Shown: positions 18,212 to 26,261, numbered from the stretch's first letter. The stretch is DNA of 51,809 nt from Minisyncoccota bacterium (GCA_040900015.1 JBBDZS010000022.1:1-51809); one strand, 5' to 3'. Notes: generated by a model from the sequence alone, not told the origin. Numbers and translations are program-made.

Positions 18212-18241
18212 GTAATTCCTTAACTTATCATATATGATATA

Positions 18242-19993
18242 CTAATACACTTCTTGCTGATAGCACTTTTCGCAGTACACTATTTCCGGTCTACTTGGAG
18301 AGTAAGAAGTCTCGAACTCCTCTTCACATTTATTATCACTATGAGTATGATTATTTTTATCACACATACAGGATCTATGCCAGAGTCGGAGCGGGTTTCG
18401 CTTACCTAGCCTTTGGAAATGCCGGCAGTTTGGGCACAACCGTGGAAGAGCCAGTTTCTTGCTTTTATAAAACTGTAGCTCGTCTGGTATAATTTTAAAT
18501 GCCTCCGTGCATTGTTCGGCACACTCGCCTCTGTGTATACAACCGATAACCTTACCTAAAATGGACTCATCCGTCTCGTCAATGTGGTCCGGCAAGTCCT
18601 TTGCTTTAATATCAACTTTGTAGTCTCTTTTTTCTTTTTCTTTCCATTTGAATCCATACTCGATGGCCTTTTCCCCGGAAAGTGGATAATATTCTTCCGC
18701 AACAGTTTCATTGTATGCGAAGGGTGAAAGTTCTGCAGGAAAAAATTCGCCATACTTATACACCCTGCCCTTCTTGTCCACATAGGGCATCTTCTTCATA
18801 TGAGTAATTATTTTAGGTAGGAGTTTGTCATATTCTGCCTTGGTATATTTCTTGTTTAAAATTGAATAGTCGTGATCTCTCACACCTACGCACCCAAAAA
18901 GAAATTTAGCACCGTAGCACATATAAGTATAGGTCGTATCCATACCACCGTGATTGAGAACTGAGAAAAGCTGTTTAGCGCCATTAAGACCTGTATCCAC
19001 ACCTTCATACATAAATTCTACTTTCGCCCCTGCGCCGTAGGCGTCATAACTGTCTCTTAAATTTAAGGCATGAGTAATAAATTTAGAATTCTCAACCTCG
19101 CCGTATATGTCGAACAACATTCGGCCGTTTTTGGAATTAAGTATATTGTCGCCGGTGACATTGACCGACTTATAGGTATAAGCAAAACGACGGAATTGTA
19201 GCTTGAGAAAATTTGCATACTCCTCTTTAAACCTGGTCAAATTTTCGTAGCTACCAAAGTCATACTCGGCAATCCTGCGTTCATATTCCTCCTTGGTATA
19301 CTGAATATTAAAAATACGATAGCTCTTGTGTCTCAAGTTCACACACCCTAGACAATTGTGGATATTCAAACAAGAAGTAAGAAACATCGAATCTATGCAC
19401 TCATCGCTATCATAACTAAAATGAGTTCGATACAAACTACCGCAAAGAACATCCTCGTAGCACTGCTCAGACTTCATAGTGTTGTAAAGATCGAAGGAAT
19501 CCTTTACCCCTACCACCCCAGCCGCATAGGAAACATTCTCATTTGAAAACGAAGCATATGTGAGATAACAATTCTTGCAATCTAAATTATGGTTGCCATA
19601 TTCGCTAAGCGGACAATTGGTGTTGCCTAGATTACATAAAGGCACTCGAGACATTAGCTCTTTAAACTGGTCGAAAAAAGGTCGAGAAAAATCATAATCC
19701 ATGCCGTAATCAAAAGGGTCCCACTTATCACTCCACCAAATATCCCTATCGTAAACCGTAAGACCGGTCTCAGGGGAGAACATGGAAACAATGGGGGCCC
19801 CGGAAAAAGCGCATATGTTGTGATGGAGCGAACGTTCATTACGCCAAACCAATCTTCTCCTCGCCCGACACAAAGGACAAAAAGTCGGAGGTGGAACTTT
19901 TATTTTTTGGTAAAAGCCAAAATCTTCACTCTCAATCGTGAATTCATGTTTACAGTTTTGACAATTTTTTCTTTCTTGCTTCATATGTTTCAT
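18242..19993 (-). CDS. Cysteine-rich double zinc-ribbon protein, paralog 3
   Basis: 583 aa. Motifs NCQNCKHEFTIESEDFGFYQKIKVPPPTFCPLCRARRR, IWWSDKWDPFDYGMDYDF, FGCVGVRDHDYSILNKKYTKAEYD and FKIIPDELQFYKSKKLALPRLCPNCRHFQR. It ends RPEIVYCEKCYQQEVY. Its start overlaps the ArsR stop (ATGA). Confidence 0.85.
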   Translation of the reverse strand: MKHMKQERKNCQNCKHEFTIESEDFGFYQKIKVPPPTFCPLCRARRRLVWRNERSLHHNICAFSGAPIVSMFSPETGLTVYDRDIWWSDKWDPFDYGMDYDFSRPFFDQFKELMSRVPLCNLGNTNCPLSEYGNHNLDCKNCYLTYASFSNENVSYAAGVVGVKDSFDLYNTMKSEQCYEDVLCGSLYRTHFSYDSDECIDSMFLTSCLNIHNCLGCVNLRHKSYRIFNIQYTKEEYERRIAEYDFGSYENLTRFKEEYANFLKLQFRRFAYTYKSVNVTGDNILNSKNGRMLFDIYGEVENSKFITHALNLRDSYDAYGAGAKVEFMYEGVDTGLNGAKQLFSVLNHGGMDTTYTYMCYGAKFLFGCVGVRDHDYSILNKKYTKAEYDKLLPKIITHMKKMPYVDKKGRVYKYGEFFPAELSPFAYNETVAEEYYPLSGEKAIEYGFKWKEKEKRDYKVDIKAKDLPDHIDETDESILGKVIGCIHRGECAEQCTEAFKIIPDELQFYKSKKLALPRLCPNCRHFQRLGKRNPLRLWHRSCMCDKNNHTHSDNKCEEEFETSYSPSRPEIVYCEKCYQQEVY

Positions 19994-20262
19994 TCTAACA
20001 TTCTAACGAACTTTAGAATGATATTTCCACGCGAGGTCAACTTATGACGTACTGATTTACTGTCGCTTCTCTTCATTAAGAGACCCGCAATGGCCATCTT
20101 GCCAATATGGGCCGAAATATTTTTCATATCTGATTTTAATCTATCTGATATCTCTTGCACTGATAATTCAGGCTCCTTGGAAAGCAAGGCTAAAATTTGC
20201 AACCTTCGATGATTGGCAACTCCTTTAATTATTCTTTCTAATTCTCTGTTAGATTTCTTCAT
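19990..20262 (-). CDS. ArsR/SmtB-family winged-helix transcriptional regulator
   Basis: ANHRRLQILALL..LSVQEISDRL..NISAHIGKMAIAGLL matches the ArsR HTH pattern. It contains no Cys, so it lacks the classical CxC metal site. Confidence 0.8.
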   Translation of the reverse strand: MKKSNRELERIIKGVANHRRLQILALLSKEPELSVQEISDRLKSDMKNISAHIGKMAIAGLLMKRSDSKSVRHKLTSRGNIILKFVRMLE

Positions 20263-20302
20263 ATTTTTATTTTAACATTCTATAGAACGTTGGAATGTAC
20301 TA

Positions 20303-21964
20303 TTAAGCTATGTTTTGCTTGTAACAGTCCTCGCAGGCGATTTTCTGGTAGCCCCATTCCGGAGGATAGTAAGCGCTAATTTCTTTTTTACAGTAAAAGC
20401 ATTTGTAAGGATAGCTTTTTACAACCGCAGTCTTACGTGCTTTCTTTATGATACGCAAATCAAAATGCTCTCTAGGAAGGGCAAAACCTTTTCTCTTATG
20501 GAATTCATATTCAGCTGGAGAAATGTTAAATCGAAAGTTACTCTCGGGGCAAATAAGAGCCTGGTTAGAAACACTCGAGTCCGTATCTTGAATACTGTCG
20601 GGTAAATCCAGGGAAGAGATTCCGTCGTGGGATGAAAGGTCTTCTTCTGACCAGTATCCTCCCTTTTTTACAACTTCATTCTTTGTCGTGTCCGGAAAGT
20701 AGATAATACCGTTAGAAAAATTATAGTCGCAGACACTCATAAAATATGGCATAAATAGTCCATACTCTCCCCTGCTTTTCATATCGGAAATAATCTTATC
20801 TTTAAGAGACTCGTAATCCTCTTTGCTGTATTGCTTGTTTAAAATGCAATATTTCTTTTTTTTGAGACCCACGCATCCGAAACAATACTCCACTTCCTCG
20901 CACAAATCTATGTATTCTGAGTATCTGCCGACAGAGTATATTGAGTTCTTTATCTGATATCCTCCGTTCACTGCACTGTTGCTACCAGATAACTCGGTAT
21001 GCCAACTTACCGCCTGATCAATACTATCCTTTGAGAAAAGACCGCGTAGGCAGTTTCTACAATTCTGCGAGTCGTCCCAAGTAAAGCAGTTAGAGCATTT
21101 GTCGCAATTATTAAGATAGTTGCCGGTAGAGCCCGCAGACTTTAGATTGAAATTTTCCCTGTGAACAACTTCGTTTCTCAGAATATTTGCGAATTCTGCT
21201 CTTAGATTCTCCAAGGATTTATAGGAATCAAGCTTGAGCTTTTTTATCTCCACTTCATATTCTTCTTTCGTGTACTGCTTGTTTTTTATGCAGTATTGCT
21301 TGTTACGTAGGTTCCAGCTCATAAAGCAATTCTGGCAGTTACGGCAATCAAAAAGAAAAAAGGAGTCTATGCAATCCCGAGAGTTTTCTGAAAAGTTCAG
21401 ATTAAAGGAACTATGGCAGGTCAGGCAATCATAACAGTTCTGTATATGAAAAGAAATTGCTACATCAAAAGAGTCCTTGGCGTCCAAAACCCTGTATCCA
21501 TAATTTAAGTTATCGCATTTTGCAAGAGCTCTTGATAGATAGCAGTTTTTTGAGTCCCACACATCCTCACACCAATCACAGTTGACGTTGTTTTTCCCAG
21601 CCTGGTGTGGACGTGGGATTTTACCTTGAAGCTCCTTCAGTTGGTCAAAAAACGGCCTTTCTGAATCATATTCTTGACCAAAAGCCATTGGATCCCATGC
21701 ATCGCTCCACCATTCGTGGGAGGTGTATATAGGGTATGTCTTTCTCTCCGGCAACACCGTAATCAGACTCTCACCTGACAGACTCGAAGCTCCTTTACGG
21801 AATTTACCGAAAATGGAAAAAGCAAGATATTGCTTCATTCTACAAAAGAAACACTGTTCTGGAATTTCTAAACCTACTTTCTGGTATAAGTCCAAATCAC
21901 CTGAATTTATTTCAAATTGCTTCTCGCAGTTTACACAAATTTTATTCTCCGTCTTTGTATTCAT
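20303..21964 (-). CDS. Cysteine-rich double zinc-ribbon protein, paralog 4 (most divergent)
   Basis: 553 aa. Motifs CVNCEKQFEINSGDLDLYQKVGLEIPEQCFFCR, EWWSDAWDPMAFGQEYD, CRNCQNCFMSWNLRNKQYCIKNKQYTKEEYE and CFGCVGLKKKKYCILNKQYSKEDYE. It ends IACEDCYKQNIA. Its first 23 nt overlap the grpE 3' end. Confidence 0.85.
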   Translation of the reverse strand: MNTKTENKICVNCEKQFEINSGDLDLYQKVGLEIPEQCFFCRMKQYLAFSIFGKFRKGASSLSGESLITVLPERKTYPIYTSHEWWSDAWDPMAFGQEYDSERPFFDQLKELQGKIPRPHQAGKNNVNCDWCEDVWDSKNCYLSRALAKCDNLNYGYRVLDAKDSFDVAISFHIQNCYDCLTCHSSFNLNFSENSRDCIDSFFLFDCRNCQNCFMSWNLRNKQYCIKNKQYTKEEYEVEIKKLKLDSYKSLENLRAEFANILRNEVVHRENFNLKSAGSTGNYLNNCDKCSNCFTWDDSQNCRNCLRGLFSKDSIDQAVSWHTELSGSNSAVNGGYQIKNSIYSVGRYSEYIDLCEEVEYCFGCVGLKKKKYCILNKQYSKEDYESLKDKIISDMKSRGEYGLFMPYFMSVCDYNFSNGIIYFPDTTKNEVVKKGGYWSEEDLSSHDGISSLDLPDSIQDTDSSVSNQALICPESNFRFNISPAEYEFHKRKGFALPREHFDLRIIKKARKTAVVKSYPYKCFYCKKEISAYYPPEWGYQKIACEDCYKQNIA

Positions 21965-22538
21965 ACACGTTTACCCTTGCTGGGCGCATCACTCGCTCGC
22001 CCAGCTTGTAGCCCTTCTGGACCACTTCGGCCACCTTGTGGTCCATCTCCTTTTTGTCGGTCGGCACCATATCAATCGATTCATGAATGTTCGGATCGAA
22101 AGGTTCGCCCCCTTCCCCCACGCCCTTAACGCCGTATTCCTCGAATATAATGTTCATCTGGGAGTATATGTATTCCACACCTTTGCGCCACGAAGAATCC
22201 ACTTTTTCCCAGGCATCCTTGTTGGCAAAGGCCATATTGAAACTATCAACTACAGAGAGAAATCTCGAGAGGATACGCTCGCGCACCGCCTCGGAAAAGA
22301 CTGTCTTACGGTCATCCTCCTGCTTTTTATAATTAGCAAAATCCGCCCGCTCCTTCTGCCAGCCGTTTAGGTATTCCTCTTTTTCCTTCTTAGCCTGCTT
22401 TAGGTCTGCGCGAAGTTTCTTGATGGTCTTCTTCAAATCCTCCTCGCCGTCCTCGTTGAATTCGAATTCCAACACTTCCGCTTCCAGCTCAGCTTGGGTA
22501 TCTTCCGTATTTTTCTTTTCTTCCTCTTCGCTTGACAT
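21942..22538 (-). CDS. grpE: Nucleotide exchange factor GrpE
   Basis: Acidic N-terminus, coiled coil (LKKTIKKLRADLKQAKKEKEEYLNGWQKERADFANYKKQ) and C-terminal beta domain (GYKLGERVMRPARV). The ATG at 22538 is preferred over 22556 because the upstream terminator U-tract abuts 22556. Confidence 0.9.
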   Translation of the reverse strand: MSSEEEEKKNTEDTQAELEAEVLEFEFNEDGEEDLKKTIKKLRADLKQAKKEKEEYLNGWQKERADFANYKKQEDDRKTVFSEAVRERILSRFLSVVDSFNMAFANKDAWEKVDSSWRKGVEYIYSQMNIIFEEYGVKGVGEGGEPFDPNIHESIDMVPTDKKEMDHKVAEVVQKGYKLGERVMRPARVNVYEYKDGE

Positions 22539-22564
22539 ATATGGTAATACTAGCATAAAAAAAT

Positions 22565-22580
22565 CCCTCTTGGAAGAGGG
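22565..22580 (-). terminator. Intrinsic terminator after rpsI
   Basis: Stem ccctct / agaggg with loop tgga, flanked by an A-run (plus strand, 5') and T8 (3'). On the minus strand it is followed by ATTTTTTT. Confidence 0.7.
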
Positions 22581-22591
22581 TTTTTTTTATT

Positions 22592-23005
22592 TTAACGTTT
22601 AGACCACTGTGGGCTTTTTCTTGCTTTCTTGAGCCCGAATTTTCTTCGTTCTTTAGCTCTAGGATCTCGCTTAAGAAATCCTAGACTTTTTAGTTTTGGA
22701 CGAGATTCGGAATCTGAGGCCACCAATGCTCTCGAGAGTCCATGACGCACAGCTTCTGCCTGTGAATGAGTGCCTCCTCCAGATACGCGCACTTCTATGT
22801 TCCACTTGCCCACTACGCCCTTGACGATAGGGTCCTGCACCAGCCTGCGCTCGCTTTCGGTCTGGAAATATTCCTTGGCATCCTTGCCGTTTACAACGAA
22901 TGAAACTTTTTCAGCCGGGGTGATGCGCACTCGAGCAGTAGAAGTCTTCCTTCTGCCGACCGCCTCTATGTATCTTCCTTCTGTTTTTGCTGATTTTTTT
23001 TCCAT
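22592..23005 (-). CDS. rpsI: 30S ribosomal protein S9
   Basis: GRRKTSTARV, GGGTHSQAEAVRHGLSRAL, and a C-terminal ...KR. Confidence 0.95.
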   Translation of the reverse strand: MEKKSAKTEGRYIEAVGRRKTSTARVRITPAEKVSFVVNGKDAKEYFQTESERRLVQDPIVKGVVGKWNIEVRVSGGGTHSQAEAVRHGLSRALVASDSESRPKLKSLGFLKRDPRAKERRKFGLKKARKSPQWSKR

Positions 23006-23009
23006 ATGA

Positions 23010-23393
23010 CTAATCTTGTATTGTTAAATGTTTCATCATTTCCCGACGAAGCTTGTTGTCTGGTAGCATATTGTAAGTAGCCAGCTTGATGAGCTCTTTG
23101 TATCCCCGCTTCTCAGCGGTTTCTGTACCAGAGAGAACCCGCAGTCCGCCCGGAATTCCAGAATAGCGGGTGTGATATATTTCTGCCAATTTCTTGGTGG
23201 TGATGCGTAGCTTAGAGGCGTTGACTACATTTACTGGCATACCGCTGTATATATGGCGCTCGAAGGTCGGCTTGGTCTTACCCATAAGAGACATAGCCAC
23301 CTCAGAAGCCACTCGCCCTAAAGTACGCCCTTGGGCATCTATGGTCTTGGTCTCTTCTTTGGTCTTATTTGGATTTTTTGCTGATTTTTTCAT
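23010..23393 (-). CDS. rplM: 50S ribosomal protein L13
   Basis: IDAQGRTLGRVASEVAMSLMGK and YHTRYSGIPGG motifs. It lies upstream of rpsI, as in the conserved rplM-rpsI pair. Confidence 0.95.
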   Translation of the reverse strand: MKKSAKNPNKTKEETKTIDAQGRTLGRVASEVAMSLMGKTKPTFERHIYSGMPVNVVNASKLRITTKKLAEIYHTRYSGIPGGLRVLSGTETAEKRGYKELIKLATYNMLPDNKLRREMMKHLTIQD

Positions 23394-23426
23394 TGGCTGT
23401 TTCCTATACTAAATCATTTGACTGAA

Positions 23427-23780
23427 TTACACAAATTCGATGATGGCCATCTTGGCTCCGTCGGATTTACGAGCGCCTAATTTCAAAATTCTTGTGTATC
23501 CTCCATTTTTACTTGTATATCTTGGCGCAATAATATCAAAAAGCTTCTTAGCTTCGCGACTTCGTCCAAAGAGCCTAGAAATCACTACTCTCCTCGTCGC
23601 TAAGTCATTCTTCTTGGCCTTGGTTACCAATTTCTCGATAAATGGGCGAAGCTCCTTGGCTTTCGGCTCGGTGGTCTTGATCTTCTCACGAACAATCAAA
23701 TTAAGAGCAAGCGACTTCAAAAGCGCGTTTCTCTGGTTCTTCTCTCGGCCGAATTTTCTTTTGTTATTTGCGTGTCGCAT
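23427..23780 (-). CDS. rplQ: 50S ribosomal protein L17
   Basis: MRHANNKRKFGREKNQRNALLKSLA..GGYTRILKLGARKSDGAKMAIIEFV. Confidence 0.95.
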   Translation of the reverse strand: MRHANNKRKFGREKNQRNALLKSLALNLIVREKIKTTEPKAKELRPFIEKLVTKAKKNDLATRRVVISRLFGRSREAKKLFDIIAPRYTSKNGGYTRILKLGARKSDGAKMAIIEFV

Positions 23781-23784
23781 AAAA

Positions 23785-24759
23785 TTATTCTTTTAGGTTT
23801 AAACCGTACTTGCCCAATACTTTCTTAATTTCAGTAATACCCTTCTCGCCGATACCTTCTATCTCTAGTAGGTCCTCGCGCTTCTTGCGAGCTAGGCCTC
23901 CCAGTGTGCGAATATTGGCAGCAGACAGGGCATTTAGCGTCCTGGTGGATAGGTCAAGTGTGTCCGTACGGGTCTTGAGCACATCACTAAAGTCCTCGCT
24001 CTTCTTTTCCTCATCCTTATCCTCCGCCTTTAGTGATTTCTTTTCTTCTGGGGTTTCTACAACCTCAGGCTCCTTGAAGTCAATTATTGCTTTGAGTTGA
24101 TTAATCATTATTTCGATTGATTGGGAAAGTGCTTCGCGCGGAGTAAGCGTGCCGTCAGTCTCAATCGAGATTCGAAGGCGGTTGTGGTTGGTGCGGTCGC
24201 CGACTCGCATATTTTCCACCTCGTAAGCAACTCGGCGAATAGGAGTGAATATAGCGTCGACTGCGATCGTGCCAATGTCCACTTTTTCTTTTTGGAAGTT
24301 CTCCTTTGAGATAAATCCGAGGCCTTTCTCTATGTGAAGCTCGATATTCAAATTTACCTTACCGGTAACTTCAGCAATATGCAGTTCTGGATTCAAAATT
24401 TCCACCTGACCACCTGTCTTTATATCAGAAGCGGTGATTTCCTTCGGTCCCTTGATTGATAGGGTCACTGTCTGAGGCTCATCTGAGAGCATCTTGAAGC
24501 GTATTTTCTTTAAGTTAAGAATTATCACGATGACATCTTCTTTGATGCCGTCCATTGTGGAAAATTCATGTGAAATGCCTTCTATTTTGATAGATGTCAC
24601 ACTAGCTCCCGGCAAAGAAGAAAGAATTATTCTTCGAAGACTATTGCCCAGGGTATGTCCATAGCCCGGATACAAGCCGTCTATTTCAAATACCCCTTTA
24701 TTTCCTTCTTCTACCACAACTCGAGGCTTGGAAGGCATAATGATTTTATATTCAGGCAT
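23785..24759 (-). CDS. rpoA: DNA-directed RNA polymerase subunit alpha
   Basis: N-terminal domain GHTLGNSLRRILLSS-like (GHTLGNSLRRIILSSLPG). C-terminal domain with LDLSTRTLNALSAANIRTLGGL. Confidence 0.95.
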   Translation of the reverse strand: MPEYKIIMPSKPRVVVEEGNKGVFEIDGLYPGYGHTLGNSLRRIILSSLPGASVTSIKIEGISHEFSTMDGIKEDVIVIILNLKKIRFKMLSDEPQTVTLSIKGPKEITASDIKTGGQVEILNPELHIAEVTGKVNLNIELHIEKGLGFISKENFQKEKVDIGTIAVDAIFTPIRRVAYEVENMRVGDRTNHNRLRISIETDGTLTPREALSQSIEIMINQLKAIIDFKEPEVVETPEEKKSLKAEDKDEEKKSEDFSDVLKTRTDTLDLSTRTLNALSAANIRTLGGLARKKREDLLEIEGIGEKGITEIKKVLGKYGLNLKE

Positions 24760-24827
24760 AATTTTTTATAAAAAAGTTACTTTTTCAGCCAGAGGCTGAT
24801 CCGCCTATGGCGGAAAATTATTAATAA

Positions 24828-25433
24828 TTAACGACTGTAAAACTCTAGCACGGCATTTAAATCCAGAAATGTTTCGGTATTTTTCGGCTTTTCGAGCACC
24901 TTGCCTTCGAGCTTCGACAGGTCGAAAGTAATCCAGGCTGGAGCATTATATTCCTTCAGTCTTTCGGTAAGATTGTCAAAAATCTTTTTTATCTTGGAAC
25001 CTTCACGGATAGCGATAGCGTCGCCCGGCTTGAGCTCGTAGGATGGTATAGTCACTTTGTGTCCATTTACCATAAAATGTCCGTGAGAAACCATTTGTCT
25101 GGCCCCACGACGAGAAGGAGCGAGGCCCATACGGTAAACTGCGTTGTCTAAGCGGGATTCTAGTTGTTCAAAAAATTTATCCGCAGTACCCGCACCTTTG
25201 ATATGAGTGGCTTTCTTCACATAGTTGGAAAGTTGACGCTCGGTGATGCCGTATGAAAATCGCACTTTTTGTTTTTCTATCAGCTGGGTGCCATATTCGG
25301 AAAGAGCTTTTGGGCGACGACCTCCGATCGCTCCAGCAGGACCAGTGGATGTGCTGAACTTGACTGTCTGACATTTGTCATACACCCCAGGACCCAGTCT
25401 TCTACAAATTTTAAATTTTGGTTTTGTTATCAT
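24828..25433 (-). CDS. rpsD: 30S ribosomal protein S4
   Basis: KICRRLG, EKQKVRFSYGITERQ and an S4 RNA-binding domain (RLDNAVYRMGLAPSRRGARQMVSHGHFMVNG). Confidence 0.95.
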   Translation of the reverse strand: MITKPKFKICRRLGPGVYDKCQTVKFSTSTGPAGAIGGRRPKALSEYGTQLIEKQKVRFSYGITERQLSNYVKKATHIKGAGTADKFFEQLESRLDNAVYRMGLAPSRRGARQMVSHGHFMVNGHKVTIPSYELKPGDAIAIREGSKIKKIFDNLTERLKEYNAPAWITFDLSKLEGKVLEKPKNTETFLDLNAVLEFYSR

Positions 25434-25446
25434 AAATTATATAAAG

Positions 25447-25869
25447 TTATACTCGTCGAGGCTTTTTCGCCTTAGGGCCATTGTGCGGCACCGGTGTTGC
25501 ATCTTTAATGGAAGTAATTTCTATGCCGTGGGCCATAAATGCTCTGATTGCAGGCTCTCGTCCGGATCCAACTCCCAACACCACCACATCTGCATCTTTT
25601 ACTCCTAGTGCGGCTGCCTTGCTACCGATGATCTCGCCCACTTTACCTGAAGCAAACGGAGTTCCCTTCTTTGCGCCTCGGAATCCCAAACTCCCCGCGG
25701 AAGACCAGAATAGTGTGTTGCCAAGTTTGTCGGAAAAAAGTACTTTGGTGTTGTTGAATGTGGCTTCAATATGCAAAACACCGGAAGTGATTTTCTTTTT
25801 CGGTGTCTTGGGGGACGGGGCTGTTGCCTTGGTGTCCGTGGATTCTGTTGTGGTGTTTGTGGTGTCCAT
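25447..25869 (-). CDS. rpsK: 30S ribosomal protein S11
   Basis: GVLHIEATFNNT.., GFRGAKKGTPFA and DATPVPHNGPKAKKPRRV. Confidence 0.95.
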   Translation of the reverse strand: MDTTNTTTESTDTKATAPSPKTPKKKITSGVLHIEATFNNTKVLFSDKLGNTLFWSSAGSLGFRGAKKGTPFASGKVGEIIGSKAAALGVKDADVVVLGVGSGREPAIRAFMAHGIEITSIKDATPVPHNGPKAKKPRRV

Positions 25870-25880
25870 TTTAAATTATT

Positions 25881-26261
25881 TTATGTCTTTGTTTCTTTTC
25901 TCTTTCCGGAAGCCATTGTCTTTCTTACATTTCCTCTTATAGTCCTAGAGTTAGTCTTGGTTCTCTGTCCGCGGACTGGGAGTCTCTTGATGTGCCTGAT
26001 ACCGCGATAGCTCTTGATGTCTTTAAGGCGCTTGATATTTGAAGAAATTTCTCTTTTCAAATTTCCTTCGATAGTAATGCTTTCAATTACAGTTCTGATT
26101 TTATTTTCCTCAGCTTCAGAAAGGTCTTTTGCTTTCTTACCTCGGTCGATGCCGACTTGGTCGAGGACCTTGCGAGCTTTCGGAATGCCTATGCCATATA
26201 GCACGGTCAGGCCGATCTCTAGTCTTTTGTCGTTTGGTACTGTAATTCCTAGAATTCTCAT
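25881..26261 (-). CDS. rpsM: 30S ribosomal protein S13
   Basis: MRILGITVPNDKRLEIGLTVLYGIG and YRGIRHIKRLPVRGQRTKTN. Confidence 0.95.
   Translation of the reverse strand: MRILGITVPNDKRLEIGLTVLYGIGIPKARKVLDQVGIDRGKKAKDLSEAEENKIRTVIESITIEGNLKREISSNIKRLKDIKSYRGIRHIKRLPVRGQRTKTNSRTIRGNVRKTMASGKRKETKT

Noticed and set aside
18226-18239. 14-bp palindrome tatcatatatgata between paralogs 3 and 2
   Set aside because: It is purely an A/T palindrome in a very AT-rich 30-nt spacer, so it is likely chance or a weak promoter/-10-like element. There is not enough evidence to call it.
21723-22370. 215-aa plus-strand ORF across the grpE/paralog-4 junction
   Set aside because: It is antisense to two genes with strong motif support, so it is a shadow ORF.
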